From positions 218,676,001-218,740,000 of the forward strand of contig NC_058368.1 of NCBI RefSeq assembly GCF_018350175.1: a stretch of DNA of 64,000 bases. Direction: 5' to 3'. The stretch's first letter is position 1; each line of letters opens with the position of its first letter. This document shows positions 1-13,564 of this stretch, piece after piece. The notes under the pieces were generated by a model. It did not search any database, was not told the DNA's origin, and saw only the letters and a list, made by a program, of their open reading frames with translations. Both the position numbers and the translations under genes were made by a program. This DNA comes from Felis catus (taxonomy: Eukaryota).

Positions 1-54
1 TACAAGAAATGTTTTTAAAATTGAGAAAACAATTATTATCTGGATATAAAAATC

Positions 55-108
55 TTTTTATTTATGTATTTATTTGTTTATTTATTTATTTATTTATTTA
101 TTTATTTT
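55..108. repeat. (TTTA)n microsatellite
   Basis: Direct tandem TTTA/TATT array. Confidence 0.9.
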
Positions 109-698
109 TGGTAACTGTGGTTGAACAACAACAACAGAACTTTAGGACCATACTATTTTATAGACAGGTATTATGCATTATTGAATTAATATACAGCAAA
201 TATATATTAAATGTACCTAATATATATATTTAAGATACAAAACTAAAAACTCTTAGATGTAATTTGCTTCAAGGTTTCAAAATAATGACATTGTTCAATC
301 AATATCTTCCTAGGGATTTTAGAGTCACTATTTCACTGACGAATTGGCCAAAGATGACCAAGATCACATTAAATGTTTGAAAAAAATGTATTTGAAGTAT
401 TTTGTATTCCAGTTTTTTAAAAGAAAATCATTCTGGTGACTTACATTAAAATTACTTTTTTGTTAAATATCTAACTTATTTATCTCTAGAAGTATGACTA
501 TAAATTGACTCAATATCTAAAATAGACGATATAATTTAGAGAAATACAGATTATAAAATTTGGCTCCAAATATTCAATGATAAAGCATCACCATGAGGGA
601 TAGTTAAATGTTAAACAGTATTTTAAATCTATGTATGTGTTATGCAAAATTAGCAATAAGAAACATTTTTCCAATTGTTTAAAATGTCAGAAGTTTCT

Positions 699-920
699 TT
701 TTTTTAAATTTTTTAAATGCTTTTATTTATTTTTGAGATAGAGAGAGACAGAACATGAGCAGGGGAGGGGCAGAGAGAGAGGGAGACACAGAATGTGAAG
801 CAGGCTCCAGGCTCTGAGCTATCAGCACAGAGCCGGAGGCAGGGGTCGAACTCACAGACCATGAAATCGTGACCTGAGCAGAAGTCGGACGCTTAACCGA
901 CTGAGCCATGCAGGCTTCCC
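699..920 (-). mobile_element. CAN-SINE (felid SINEC_Fc-type)
   Basis: Reverse complement of tRNA-like head (gcttaaccgactgagcca), (CT)n tract and A-rich tail. Confidence 0.95.
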
Positions 921-924
921 TGAA

Positions 925-1156
925 ATTAATTTTTTTAAAAAAAGGAGAGAGAGAGCGAGAGCGAGAGAGAGAGAGAGAGAGAGAGGGAGAGAACAAGCAG
1001 GGAAGGAAGAGAGAAGGGGAGACAGAGAATCCCAAGAAGGCTCTGCACTATCAGCGCACAGCCTGATGCTGGATTTGAACTCATAAACCATGAGATCATG
1101 ACCTGACCCTAAATCAAGAGTCCCACACTTAACTGATTGAGCAACCCAAGCGCCCT
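925..1156 (-). mobile_element. Older CAN-SINE
   Basis: aaatcaagagtc diagnostic and long (GA)n; TSD tgtcagaagtttct at 685-698 and 1160-1173 encloses both SINEs. Confidence 0.93.
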
Positions 1157-2069
1157 AAGTGTCAGAAGTTTCTAATATGTATTGTATATAAGAGAACTAT
1201 CATTTTTCTGTTATTACTAACTATTCTTGATATTCTGATTGTCATATGCATAAAAAGCCTGGCTTCTTGGTCAGTTATTGGCATCATAAAGAGTATAAAG
1301 TATCAAAAATCAAAGAACAATTTCATATTATCTGTAAAAATTTTCTTCACAGGTTGTTACCTTGAGAAATTGATTTTCCAGAAGGTAAACTTCAAGAAGA
1401 TAGGGATATTTATTTTTTATGGGGTATCCCTAGCACATAGGATAGCATGCAGCTAACAGAAGGCATGCATTAGTTTTCAATCAATTAATCTTTAAAGGAA
1501 AAAAAATCACAAGTCTATTGAGTTGACTTATCATCATTGTTTAGGTGATTATAATGTGATTTAAAGAAATGCACAGCATTAGGAATACCTTATGTTTGTC
1601 GACCAACATGACTTTATAAATCAATTATAGAGTAAAATAATAAATGTTTATGAATATTTATTAAATGTAAAAGCTTATTTTCCTTGGAAGTAACTTTTCT
1701 AAAATATAAAGTTAAATATTACATGAACTTAAAGTGACCTGTTTGTATCTTGTTATAATTCATTCTTAAATATGGAGTTAAATATTAAAATATTCATTTT
1801 AATGTTTTTTCTCTTATTTTGATTATTTTTTCTTTGAATATCACCATATACACAGTTCTCTATTTTTGATGGTGACTTACATTTAAATTACTTTTTTGAA
1901 GATTGAAACTCACTATATAATTCTAAAGAAAATTTATTTTATGAAAAGTCTTTTTGGACTTTTGGAAGCCGGACGTTGAAGTACAAATACCAAGTTCCCA
2001 CTGCAACTTAATATATTATTAGTTTACTATTTTCTCATTTTATTTGTTCTTGTAAGTCAAAAGTAGATT

Positions 2070-2291
2070 GTTTTTTTTTTTAATTTTTTTAACGTTTATT
2101 TATTTTTGAGACAGAGAGAGACAGAGCATGAACGGGGGAGGGTCAGAGAGAGGGAGACACAGAATCTGAAACAGGCTCCAGGCTCTGAGCTGTCAGCACA
2201 GAGCCCGACGCGGGGCTCGAACTCACGGACCGCGAGATCATGACCTGAGTCGAAGTTGGCCGCTTAACCGACTGAGCCACCCAGGCGCCCC
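2070..2291 (-). mobile_element. Young CAN-SINE
   Basis: CpG-intact copy ending ccaggcgcccc; imperfect TSD aaagt(ag/gg)(a/g)ttgttt. Confidence 0.97.
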
Positions 2292-2659
2292 TGAAAGTGG
2301 GTTGTTTCTATCACTATGTCAATTTTGTTGTATCACATCAGACTAAAAAATGGATTGATATCAATTTGTTTTCTCTAAAAATGAATTTTTATAGTATTTT
2401 TTTACTACAGAAATATATGTTAACTGGTAAAATATTTCAATATACGCACAGCGTTGGAAAACATAGCTCATGGTTACCTTACTTGAGCCAAATACACTTA
2501 TCAATATATTAAAACGAACACTTTAATGATGACATCAGCATGATTTTTCAATGTTTTAGTATATTAAAAGTATTCAAGTAAAAGAGAACTCACAAAACAA
2601 ATAGGCATGTATCACTGACAGATGGAAGCAATTAAAGCCTTACATGTGCTACACACTGA

Positions 2660-4150
2660 TACACTTTCCTCCCTTCGCAATAGATTTTGCAACATATATT
2701 CATTAGTTCCATTCTTTCAAATTTTATATAAATGAACCTTGGTATATTTGTTTTCTAAAATATTCTTTACACATCTTTTTTGACTCTCTTTAATAAACGT
2801 AGCTTCATTTTATTATTTTTCATGGCCATACAATAATGAACAGTTTATTCATGTATTTCAGTTTCCTTGGACATATTTTTTGCTGTTAGAAATGATATGT
2901 TTTTGTGAATACCACCTAGTATTCTTTAGGAGATATAAGTACAATAGCTCTATTTATATTATGAACATCTCATATTTATTTGTTAATGCTTTCTTGTTTT
3001 CCAAAGTACTTTTTCCAAGGCATAGGCTTATCAACATTATATGGATGTTCATCCATTTAGTAACCTTACAACACTTACTTTATTTCTTGGTGTGCTGAAT
3101 CATGTATCATTATATGTGACCACACTCAATAAGACTTTGTCTTATGAGTGTTACTGTCTAATTGGAAATTATCTAGCATTTGTTTGGCTTTTACCTTTTT
3201 GAATAAGCATTTTCATTTTACTTTCAACAAATAAGTGGCATGCTATTTATATATGTCTCCTTTAAATAGCATAGGACTATAGTTTGACACTATAATTTTG
3301 AACTGAAAAGTTAAGTCCATTTGCCTTTTTTTGTGATATTTCCCCTATATATGGATTATTTTCTACCTTCTTTCTTTGTGTTCTCTCTTTGCTTTGCTTT
3401 TCTGTTTCTTGTCTCCATATTTTTGAGCTGATAAACTTGCCCCGTTTGATTATTTTCCTTCCAGAATTTTGAATTCTGAATGTTTTTCACTGTATTTATC
3501 TTCCAATTGCATCAAACTGGGATGCAAGACAAAAGGCCTGTGTTTGGCACTTGTACTTCTACAAAGGCTCCAAAAGAAATCAGTCTTTTCTGCTGATTGT
3601 AAGGCTGGAGGCTTTTCAGGGCTACCATACCAGAGAGCTCAGCAGGGAGACAGGATGGGGGTAGCATCAAACCAAAACATCTCAGACTCCTCTGTCTGAC
3701 TGCTGTATCCCCTGGATACAGGATCAGTTACTTTTGTGAATTTGGTCAATGTCCAGAGTTCTGAAATGGTTACATTTAGTTTATCTGCCAGTATGTTCAT
3801 TAGCTTGTGAAAGAGTAAATTCCCCAAAATCATACTCTGCCATTCCAGGATTCAAAATCTTCCCTTCATTATTAACAAATAAATTTGTTATTTTTTTCTA
3901 AGTATTATACCAAACAAAATAGTTGATTATTTGATGGCAAAAATTAAAACAAGATAAACTGATAAAGACGTAACAAAAGATGACAAGAAAAGGAGGCTTC
4001 AAAGTGTGCCTGAGTGCCACAAATTCTCCTTTTTTCATATACTGTAGATATATCTATAGATATATGAATATGTTATATACGTTTGTCAAAATTTATAAGA
4101 AAGTGACCACACCTTAGGCACATATGTTGAATAAATAAAGGGAAAGAAGA
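2660..4150. mobile_element. Ancient L1 (L1M/L1ME-like) fragments
   Basis: Degenerate L1-like stretches, including a minus-strand 5'-end-like motif (actctgccattccag ~3833); boundaries approximate. Confidence 0.45.
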
Positions 4151-5029
4151 AATATTAAATGCAATCTTGAGAGAAAAAATACGATTATCAGCCTTTTTCC
4201 CACTTAAAGACATAAGGCATCTTACAAGAATAAATTTCAACTAATTATAGGAAGTCAAAAATTCTTAGTTTCTTGGTATGTGTGTGTAGCCATGTGTTTT
4301 AGAGTGACCTAGGGTATTATAGTTTTTTTAGCTGCCCCAGGTATTTGAATCATACACTACATCCAATTGCCAACAAAGAACAACAACAGCAACAAACAAC
4401 AAAGCAGATGGCTTCAGTTACATAAAGCAGGTATTAATTTTGTATAACTGAAAGTATTATAATACCAAAAAATTTTTTTCCTGGTCAGTAAAATCTCTAT
4501 ATTAAGAGCTGCTTGGTTTCAAACCAGTATTTTTCAAAAACATATATTATTTTATAGATCTCCTTTTGTTAGCCCTACTACACATTTTGTTGTTGTTGTT
4601 GTTCTGGTCTCGTAAGTATTGACTAGAATAATTTTGGGTATACCAGCTATGTGATTCTTTTTTATTATTGCATTACATATACAGTTGAAGCAAATCAAAC
4701 TGGACAAATCATCTGCATTTAATTCCACAATCATCTGCATTTAATTACAGCAATCTATTATAGAATTAGAGAATTGTAAATTCTTTTGCTTATGGAATCA
4801 TACAGCTATGCCAAATTAAATCAGCTTTGATAACCCAATTACCATCATTTTAAGGAATTTCTACATGCTTAATGAATAAATTTTAAGAATCACTGGCTAA
4901 AGAAAGGGATATAATTTACAGCCATATTGTAATTTTAAATAACACACTCTGAGATTTCAGGACACCTTGGAGATGACTGTGTACAATGATTTCAACTTAC
5001 TGAAAAAGTTACACTTATTTAGCATGTAT

Positions 5030-6171
5030 TGTACCAGTTAACAATGGATTGACTCAGGGGCATCTGGGTGGCTCAGTCAGTTAAACGTCTGACTTCAGCT
5101 CAGGTCATGATCTCCCGGTTTAGTCCGTGAGTTTGAGCCCCGCGTTGAACTCTGTGCTGACAGCTCAGAGCCTGGAGCCTGTTTCGGATTCTGTGTCTCC
5201 CTCTCTCTCTGCCCCTCCTCGGCTCATCCTCTCTCTCTCTCCCAAAAATAAACATTAAAAAAAAAACTTGAAAAAAACCCCCAAAAAACAAAGAACAAAA
5301 AACAATGGATTGACTCAGCTTCAAATTCAATCTTTTATCTGCTCTTTGATAATGGAACTGGGTTTGTAATATTTCTTCTTTGTATGCAGAAAAATACCTT
5401 TGCTGGTGAATGGTAATGTAGAGACATTAAGGGAAAAGTTTTATTTGTGTTCCTTTTCTTCTTTTGGAATATCTATCTAGTTGTGCCCCTGCAGAGTGTG
5501 GCTTTTTCCGTCAGTGATTCTCCAGCCAGTAGCAAGTGACAATTCCTCACGAACAACTTCCCCCAGAACGCACATCCCTCTCTCATAGCTTCTAGGGGTT
5601 AGTGGCATTTCTGTAAATATTTTAGAAATGTGAATTCAGTGCAAAGTCAGCTAATGAATTATATGGGAATTCTTGCTCCCTATCCAGATAATTGCATGAT
5701 TTTCTGATGGGTCAACACCCCTACCCCTTTCTCAGAAGTCCTCCTGACAGCGTTTTGGCCAGACAACCAGTTCCACTATTGAATTTTAAGCAAACTAATA
5801 GTAATCCCTACAAGAAACTTACTGGCTGAATTGCCAACATCCCAGAAGGCTTTTCTCTGCTCACCAAATCACTCTGCAGACTGTGGACCAGTTGTTGCTG
5901 AGGACAACCCAGCTAGCTTCTTAACCGTCTAGTGGGATTTGACACCATCTTATCCAGTGAAGACTGAATCCAAGCTTTGGGGAACAATTTTTCCTTCCAA
6001 AAATTCTCCCCTTTGCGGGGACATTCATTCAGCCTCAGAGCATCCTTTGGCGTTACCTCTTTTTCTCTTAGACGGATTCCTGTTATTTAATCCCTGCTAG
6101 TAATTGTTTATGTTAAAATTTTCCACATCAAATTACTTTTTGTTTCTATTTATGGAACTCCAAATAAAACA
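5030..6171 (+). mobile_element. ERVL 5' LTR, LTR41-like (interrupted by a SINE)
   Basis: Starts tgtacc; ctctttgataatggaactgg aligns with ctttgtgacaatggagttagg in the 3' LTR; followed by ERVL internal start (aattgataacagaagtag). Confidence 0.65.
5057..5301 (+). mobile_element. CAN-SINE
   Basis: ggggcatctgggtggctcag head; perfect TSD acaatggattgactcag at 5041-5057 and 5302-5318. Confidence 0.97.
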
Positions 6172-8801
6172 TAATTGATAACAGAAGTAGTTGCTATAGA
6201 CTGACCCAAAACATAGGTTTTGGAAATGTTTTGGCTGAAAAGTGCAGTAATGATCTCCTTGTTAATAGGAAATGAAATGTTAGTCACCTATTATATCATA
6301 ATCTATCAAGCTGTCATGTATGGTTGTTTGTTATGAAATGCCGACTGAAGCACATACTTTGGGAATCCAAGGAGCTATTGCATTTGACCCTCAAAGCAAT
6401 AATAATAACTCTAAGACTGTGTTATGGAATAGACTCTTTTAGAGCACTAAAGTGCTAACAAAGTAAAACAGCAGGTTCATTTCCATCAATTTTTTGATCA
6501 AGTCATGTGGCAACAACCAGAGATCTTCTACAACAGCCCTAAAAGAACGCAGTATTCCTACAGACACAGGAACAACACTGCTGAAAACAACAGCATTGAA
6601 TGTTAATTTTGAATGTTACAGAATTAAATTTTGAATGTTAATTTTGTATGTTACAGAATTAAAACTACAGTTGAATTTACAGTCATGCCAGATTTCTAGT
6701 GTGAAATTTAGGGCACTGCTTGGTAAATAACTGGATCCTGAAAGCCATAATGAAGACATTTGGTTGGGCTGAGATAAAACCAACACTACGAGCTCCCAAG
6801 TCACTTTGAGACTCACTTATCAGTAGAAGTAGTTTGCCTTCCAGTGTCTGACGAAATTAGCGTTCTTCTGCTCAAAAACACTGGGATAACCTCAACAAGG
6901 GCAGATATCTTGAAATGTGATAAAATTTCCCTAAAGATACACCACAAGCATATTCTGCTGCCACTAGAACCATGACTAGAGTAAAATTTTCCATCTCAAG
7001 GTGTATATAATCTGATCCAGAGAAACAAAAAACATACATACCAAAAGGCATTGATAAATATTTGAGTGAGCAGGGTATGTGTATCCATGAAAATCTCTGT
7101 GGCTGCTCTCTTCTGTATGCAAGGCAAAACTGTAGAGGATGCCACCAGTGAGCCAGCTTGCAAATTGCAATGGAGATAGGGAGTTTCGTAAGTGGTAGAA
7201 TTCAAATAGCAACACTTAACCACCAATGCAGGTGTGCAATTATTACACCAAAAAGGGCAGCAGAGGTGAACTGGTAATCAGCATGTGTTGGCCCACAGAT
7301 ACCTTTCTTGTGGGCTAATTGATCATGGTGTCCTTAGGGATGAAATAGATGTAGCTTAATAGAGTAATTCTTGATATGTGTATAGCAGAAAAACAAACAA
7401 ACAAAGTTCTAGTAGCCAAGAAACCTGTCTTGAAGCATCACAGTAGAAAACTGTAGTTTCTTAAAGAGCTTGTAGACCTGAGTCAATTCACAGATTCAGA
7501 GAACACTGAATGAAGGAGGTTGCTTCCTCTTGAAATAGGACCTTGCACCTTTGGTGTAAGTTTACACTATGAGTATTACCCAAAGATTTCTCTAAAGGGA
7601 CCAAGGAGAATGACAGTGCACTGGGGTAAAGGAAATATTAAAACTTTCTGGGATAATGAGACACTAACTTTGAATTAAAACTGATACCTGGCCACCGTGG
7701 TTCACCAGTCAGAACAGAGACTTGCGAAGACTCCGTTATGGTGGAAGTTATGGAATAAACTTCCTGAAAAGATAAGATCTGTCTTACAGAGACCTTTATA
7801 TGGTACTACTCCCCCCCCCCCCCACCGCCACTGACAAAATACATGAGACTGAAAATCAAGGGTGGGAACTGGAAATCCTTTCTCTCAATATTACACCTAT
7901 TAACCAATTTGCAAATTCCTTTTTTTTTCTTTCCATCCCAGTGATTTTGGGCTTTGTTTTTACTGTTTGAATGTCTCAGCATCCAAGGAGAGAATCCTTC
8001 CACTAAGGGACACAATAATAATTCTACTGAATTGCAAGATGATATCTGCCATTTTTTGCTCTTCGTGTCATAAAACCAACACATAGAAAAAATGGTTTCT
8101 CTATTGGTTTGAGTAATTAATTCTGATGGCTGAGAGGAAAGTGGAGTAAAGAGCACTATGATTGGAACCCAGGGCACTCTCTGGGCACCTCTTAACTTTC
8201 CTATGCCCAATAGTAAAGGCCAATGGAAAATAATAGCAACCTCTTCAAAAAGACAGGATATTTGAGGACTCAGACCATTCTATAATTCAGGTTTGGATTA
8301 CTCCTCTGGGTGAAGAACCTCAACCAACTAGCTCATGTTTTTGAGCAATGTGGGGGAAATATAGAATGGATAATGGAAGAAGAAACCATGAGTATTCATG
8401 ATCTCCAATTAAGGAAATAAAGATTGTAGTAGTTTTTCATATGCTTTACTTTTTATATGCATGCATTTATTTGTATTTGCTAGTCAACTTTTTCTTACCT
8501 CTCTTTATTAAAAAAATATGTATGGAAGTCATGGCAAGTTAACTGCCAGTTTAGTATTAGGTAACAGTATTCAGTGGGATGGGACTGTGACAGAATTTGA
8601 GAAGTCAAAAAGCCAGTAATGGATGCAAAAACTTGGGTATGAGATCATTTCATTTTGAGAAAATTATGAGAACTTCTTTATTTGTAAGGAAATTAGCTAT
8701 ATCTTTTTAGGTGGAAATGTAGGTTGTTTGCTTCTATAGGAAAGTTTAAATAAGTGTAGTCTGGTGCATATGAAAGCTGGGTAATAGAATAGCCAAAGGG
8801 C
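6172..8801 (+). mobile_element. ERVL internal region, decayed gag-pro then integrase C-terminus/dUTPase remnants; RT/RNaseH missing
   Basis: gag motif ggctaattgatcatggtgtcc (~7313); protease-region gtgcactggggtaaaggaaat = VHWGKGN (~7616); IN tail aatcaagggtgggaactgg (~7854); dUTPase-like cttccactaagggacaca (~7997); PPT-like gccaaaggg (~8792). Confidence 0.8.
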
Positions 8802-8859
8802 TACGTTAGGTATTAATTTATTGCCTCTTTGCTTTGTGACAATGGAGTTAGGCCTTGTA

Positions 8860-8899
<40 letters not shown>

Positions 8900-9649
8900 T
8901 TTGCCAGTACAATGTTAAGCCTTGTCAGTAGTGAATGCTTAAAAGGATTTTCTCTTTCTGATTCTGGTGATTTGTTGTTCTACCTGTGCATCTATGGAGT
9001 TGTGCTATTATTTAGCAACGTCCCAGTTGCCAGCAGCAAGAGGCACCTCCTCCATCTTCTCCCAGGACACACACTTCCCCACTTGGCTAGTTTCCAGAGG
9101 TAACTGGCGCTTTAGCATGAAGTGCTTTGGGGCAGTCAAGAGATCAGTGGCACTCCTAAGGACACCCCAACTGTCCTTGCCCACATTTTCTAAGTGACAA
9201 CTTATAAGTGAGTCAACACCAACTCCCTGGCTCCCAAACCCAGTATTTCTAGAAGCGTTCTGGTGAGTTTAGTAAGTGTTTTTAGCTGGCTTTCCAGCAA
9301 ATGTACAACAACTGCACCGGCAGCTTACTAGTGAATCTTATTATTCTCTGCCTGTCAGTTACCATCCTTGGCCAGAAATGGTGGAAAATGTCTCCACCTT
9401 TCTGTCAGCTTCAACCACTCTCTCCAAAGAGGTCTAATCTGATACCCTCACCATTCTGAAGACTCTTCCTGTCAGTATGTTACCTTTTTGGTTGCCCTCT
9501 ATTAGACCTGAAGTATCCTTAAGAATTCTCTCTCCTACCCCTCACACACACTTAAGTAATTTATTGTTTTTCTAAACCCATGTTAATAATTCTTTATATT
9601 AAACCTTTCTTGCTCAGAATCTCTTTATTTTTGGACCCTAAGTAATAAA
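8802..9649 (+). mobile_element. ERVL 3' LTR, LTR41-like
   Basis: tattaatttattgcctc start, aatgttaagccttgtcagtag, terminal ataattctttatattaaac...ggaccct; contains (TTAC)n at ~8860-8898. Confidence 0.7.
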
Positions 9650-10999
9650 TATGTTAAATAATTTTTTTGCAGAATTTACTAGTAAAGAACTGATTGTTTA
9701 GAGAGGTTGGATGGCATTACATAAATGATAACACCTCCAGGTATGGATTAATGCAGCTGTAAGCTTCAGTGGAAAGGTTATGTAATAATGTTTTAGAATT
9801 TTTTTTTTGTCTTCAATGTATTGTTTGTATCTGTTTTCATCTGTTAAGGAGTCCACTCTCTGCCCTTTCTATTTTCCAGAGCTATTATCTAATTATTTTT
9901 CATTTATGTCCTAACTTCTTTATTTATATTTTCTTTTAATTTCAGGATATATAGTAAAAGGGGATGGCTGCAGCATGTACTCAATATTCTCTCTTAAACT
10001 AGAGGGTATGGTAAATATTTTCAAATCAATGTGTTCATTCATGACTTATGCATATATATGCATATATATACATACATACATATATATACTTAAAGTGTAA
10101 TTTTAGAAGTTTTCAGCCTTCATTTTTTAAGGTTATTTCATATCCTCTTATAACTCCTGAGTTTCACATTTCTGCAATTTTAATTCATAGGCATAAGTTT
10201 TGTAATTCAGCAAACACTTGTCATAAAACACTAATAAATCTCTAAAAAGTGAGTAATAATTTTCTCCATGATACCTTTTTCTTTTCTCTTTCATAATTTA
10301 TCTATTTGTTGCCCTTCATAAATAACATTTCTTTGTTATTATTTGAATGCCAAATGACTACAATTTAGCTTTCTTTTATATAATATTTTGATAAGTTAAT
10401 ACTCTATTTCTAAAGAAAATCTGTCTTATTCCTTAAGCCATTCATCCTTGTGTCTTTTTGTCATGTTATGATTGTATTTACCATTCTCATTTTAAGAGCA
10501 AGGGATTAAAATTATTCACTCTCAAATCCATGTTATTTTCTATAGCACCATTTTCAAATGAATGTTCATTAATGTTATAGTCTGTTATTTTTAATATTGT
10601 ATTTCTGTTCTGTGAACTTTGAAATAGAAGATAACAAATATTTATATAATACTTTAAATAACAGTACTTCCATAAAACTGAAAATTTTAAAGACTTTTAC
10701 TAATGGAATTCTTATTAAATGTCAATTTGAATATTGAATATTTCATGGTGAAAATTAAGGCAGAGACTGTTAATGAGGGGAATAAGAAAAAAGATAAACA
10801 CCACTCTTGATTAGGTTAAACAAAAAATATCCTTGTCTTGTAATTTTTTTCATAATATACTTAGCAACATCATCATTTAAAAACTATCTTAATGAGTACT
10901 TTGTGCTGTTTTTTCAATTAGAATATTTCTTCTTAGAATATATATTCACCCAAAACTCATGGCCTGGTGGTTCACCTGCTCAGAATTCACAGCTAGTCC

Positions 11000-11090
11000 C
11001 TACTCAACTGCTAAATTTCAGTTTCTTCATCTATAAAATATGAAAGACAATGTTTATTCATCAAATAATTGTTTTAAAGAATAATTAAAT
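11000..11090. mobile_element. MIR core fragment
   Basis: ttcagtttcttcatctataaaat MIR core motif. Confidence 0.55.
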
Positions 11091-12787
11091 GATTGCAAAT
11101 TCCACAGAATTATTTTGATTGTAACCCCTAAGTATTAGATATTTCTAAGATTATTATTTTTACTGATAGCTTGTCAAAAAAAATGATGGGACAGGACAAG
11201 GCAAATCTTCAAAGGTGAAATTTTCAGAGTGAATTTAAGAGCCAACAATATTCAGAAAGGTCTGTTAATGAAATGTAGTGTGAGATCACTCACCCTATAA
11301 CAGAATGCTGGGCCTGGTTTCTAAGGAATAGAGATGGCTTACAAGTGAGGCCAAGGTTTCAGAAACCATGAGAATGACTAGACTTGAAACAAACAGGATT
11401 GTACCATTGTTACAGGTAATGAATCCAGGGTAAATGTTCTGTGTGTGACAGGATGTCTCTAGCATGTGGATTTGTAGAGGAGTTCAAGGTTGTGAGACTG
11501 AGGAATGTCAGCATTGAGTGAATTTTTATGACATATGACAAGGGCCAATACGATGCCTTGGAATTGGATCTCTGTGACAATGAATTTCTTTCTGATCCTT
11601 TGACTTTTTTTTTTTTTTTTGGTAAAGAATTAACTGAAGGAGAGTTGACCTAAATATCTATATTTGAAGAAGAGAATAGCAATCATGTGAAGTAATACCA
11701 TGTAGACACATAATATGGTGACCAGTTTAAACACAAATGTGCAGAAAAGTTGCAGCTTTTTAAGTTTCTACTGAGGTCTCTTGAGTCTCAAGTCACAGGG
11801 TTTGTGGGAGAATACTTTTAACTTACTAATAATTAAGTTAGTTTAGTCTCTTGGGTTTTAAAAGCCTCTGTTACTCTGTTCTATAAACTTGACTCTTGGG
11901 GAACTTCCAATCTTTGTTTTTGTTTCTGTTTTGTTTTTAAAGTACATATGAATAATAGGAGAGTTTCCTGATTTTGTTTATAATTGGAGGGTAAAAATTG
12001 CTATTTCGACTATGGTCTTTGCATTGTCTTCTATGTAGTCCAGAGTCCCCATTTGAAGTCAGAGAGTCTGGTCATATCCACAGGTGATTTACATTCTTGT
12101 CCTCTGAAAAGAGAAAAGTTAAGTAGTTGCTGTCTTTGCATCCAGGAAAGTTTTTTCGTCCTTCTTTGTTAACTTGCTTGACCTTCACACCTCTGGATGC
12201 AAATATTTCATCCTGCCTTTGGATAAAAACTGGCCACTTACTAGCCTTTCTATCTGTTTCCATCACTCCTCTCCAGAGGGCTCTCTCAGTAGCACATTGG
12301 CCCTCAACTCAGCAAACACTTCATCACTCACAGAAGTGGGAATTTTCTGTATTTACTACATACCAGAATATCATTTAAGATTTAAGTCTATTGATTCATT
12401 CATTTTTCTCTGTCTACCTATGCAATGTCGCTATTTTTACTTTGTTATAACTATGCTTTTGTTAAAAGACCAGACTGATTGACAGTAATGGATGTTTTTA
12501 GAGTTTCGGTTACCATCCTCTTCAGAATTTAAATTTTCGGGTTCTGGAGCCAAGACACCATCAGTCTATGACTGTGTACCTCCCTCCTGATTCATGTCAT
12601 TTCCCGCCCTCTCAATTCAGAAGAAAAAGGAGCAGGATTTTCTCACTTCTTGAAAAAATAAGGGCTGCCCTTCTGATTATCTGTTGAAGTCTTTCTATAT
12701 GATAATACTGGAATTCACATAGGCCTGATTTTTATATAGAAAAAAAGTGAATATTATTAAGCATCAGTACTTCAAGGGTTTTCTAGG

Positions 12788-13087
12788 GCTGTGCTATCTA
12801 ATACAATACTCACTAGCCAAAGGGGCTACCGAGTAATTGGAAGGAGGATTGTTCAGATTCAGATGTGCTGTAAGTATAAAATACACAACATATTTTGCAG
12901 ATTTGTTAATGAAAAACCTAATATTGAAATATCTCAATAATATTTTACATTGATTATATGTTGAGATTATTTTTTATATATTTGGTTACAGTTATTTTAA
13001 TGTTTCTTTTTATTTAAAAAAAGTGCCTTCTAGAAAATTTAAATTTATCTATATGGCTCACATTATATTTCTAATGGAAAGTACTGT
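12788..13087 (-). mobile_element. MER33 (hAT-Charlie MITE)
   Basis: ctgtgctatctaatac start, agatgtgctgtaagtataaaatacac, ggctcacattatatttcta end. Confidence 0.8.
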
Positions 13088-13249
13088 TCTAAGAACTGAA
13101 ATGAGCCATCTGTGTGCCAAACCTGGACATTAACTCCTGATTTCTCTTTCATTTCCTCCTTAACAAACTTAATTTCTCCTGTGGCTTCATGTGGCACAAT
13201 AAATAACTGGAAAAGAGAAATTCACGCTAACATACATACATAATATAAA

Positions 13250-13260
13250 ATATATGTGTG

Positions 13261-13293
<33 letters not shown>

Positions 13294-13295
13294 GT
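13250..13295. repeat. (TG)n(TA)n microsatellite
   Basis: Direct. Confidence 0.85.
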
Positions 13296-13564
13296 TTAAT
13301 GTATATTATTCTTTTTCAACTATAAGCACAGAGATTTTATGGGCATCTGGGGTACCACAGATTTCCCTACAAAGTTTCCCTCCAGGATTTGATCATATGA
13401 TTAAGGCAAATGGACACTAATGAAGGAGAATGACAGTTGAAAATTTTCAGTGTCACAGCCGGAAAGAAAATAAGATATGTAGAGGGCTTATTGCCTATAG
13501 ATGTTTGAGACCTGTACCAAAGCTGGATGGCATGATATTCATATTTTACTATTCTTTATTTATA

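Noticed and set aside
727..1091. Recurring MAQSVKRPTSAQVMIS-type ORFs across the window
   Set aside because: Translations of CAN-SINE sequence
6597..6663. Short tandem duplications (also 45498-45545 and 52075-52108) as a CRISPR-like array
   Set aside because: Only 2-3 adjacent copies without unique spacers; simple slippage duplications in eukaryotic DNA
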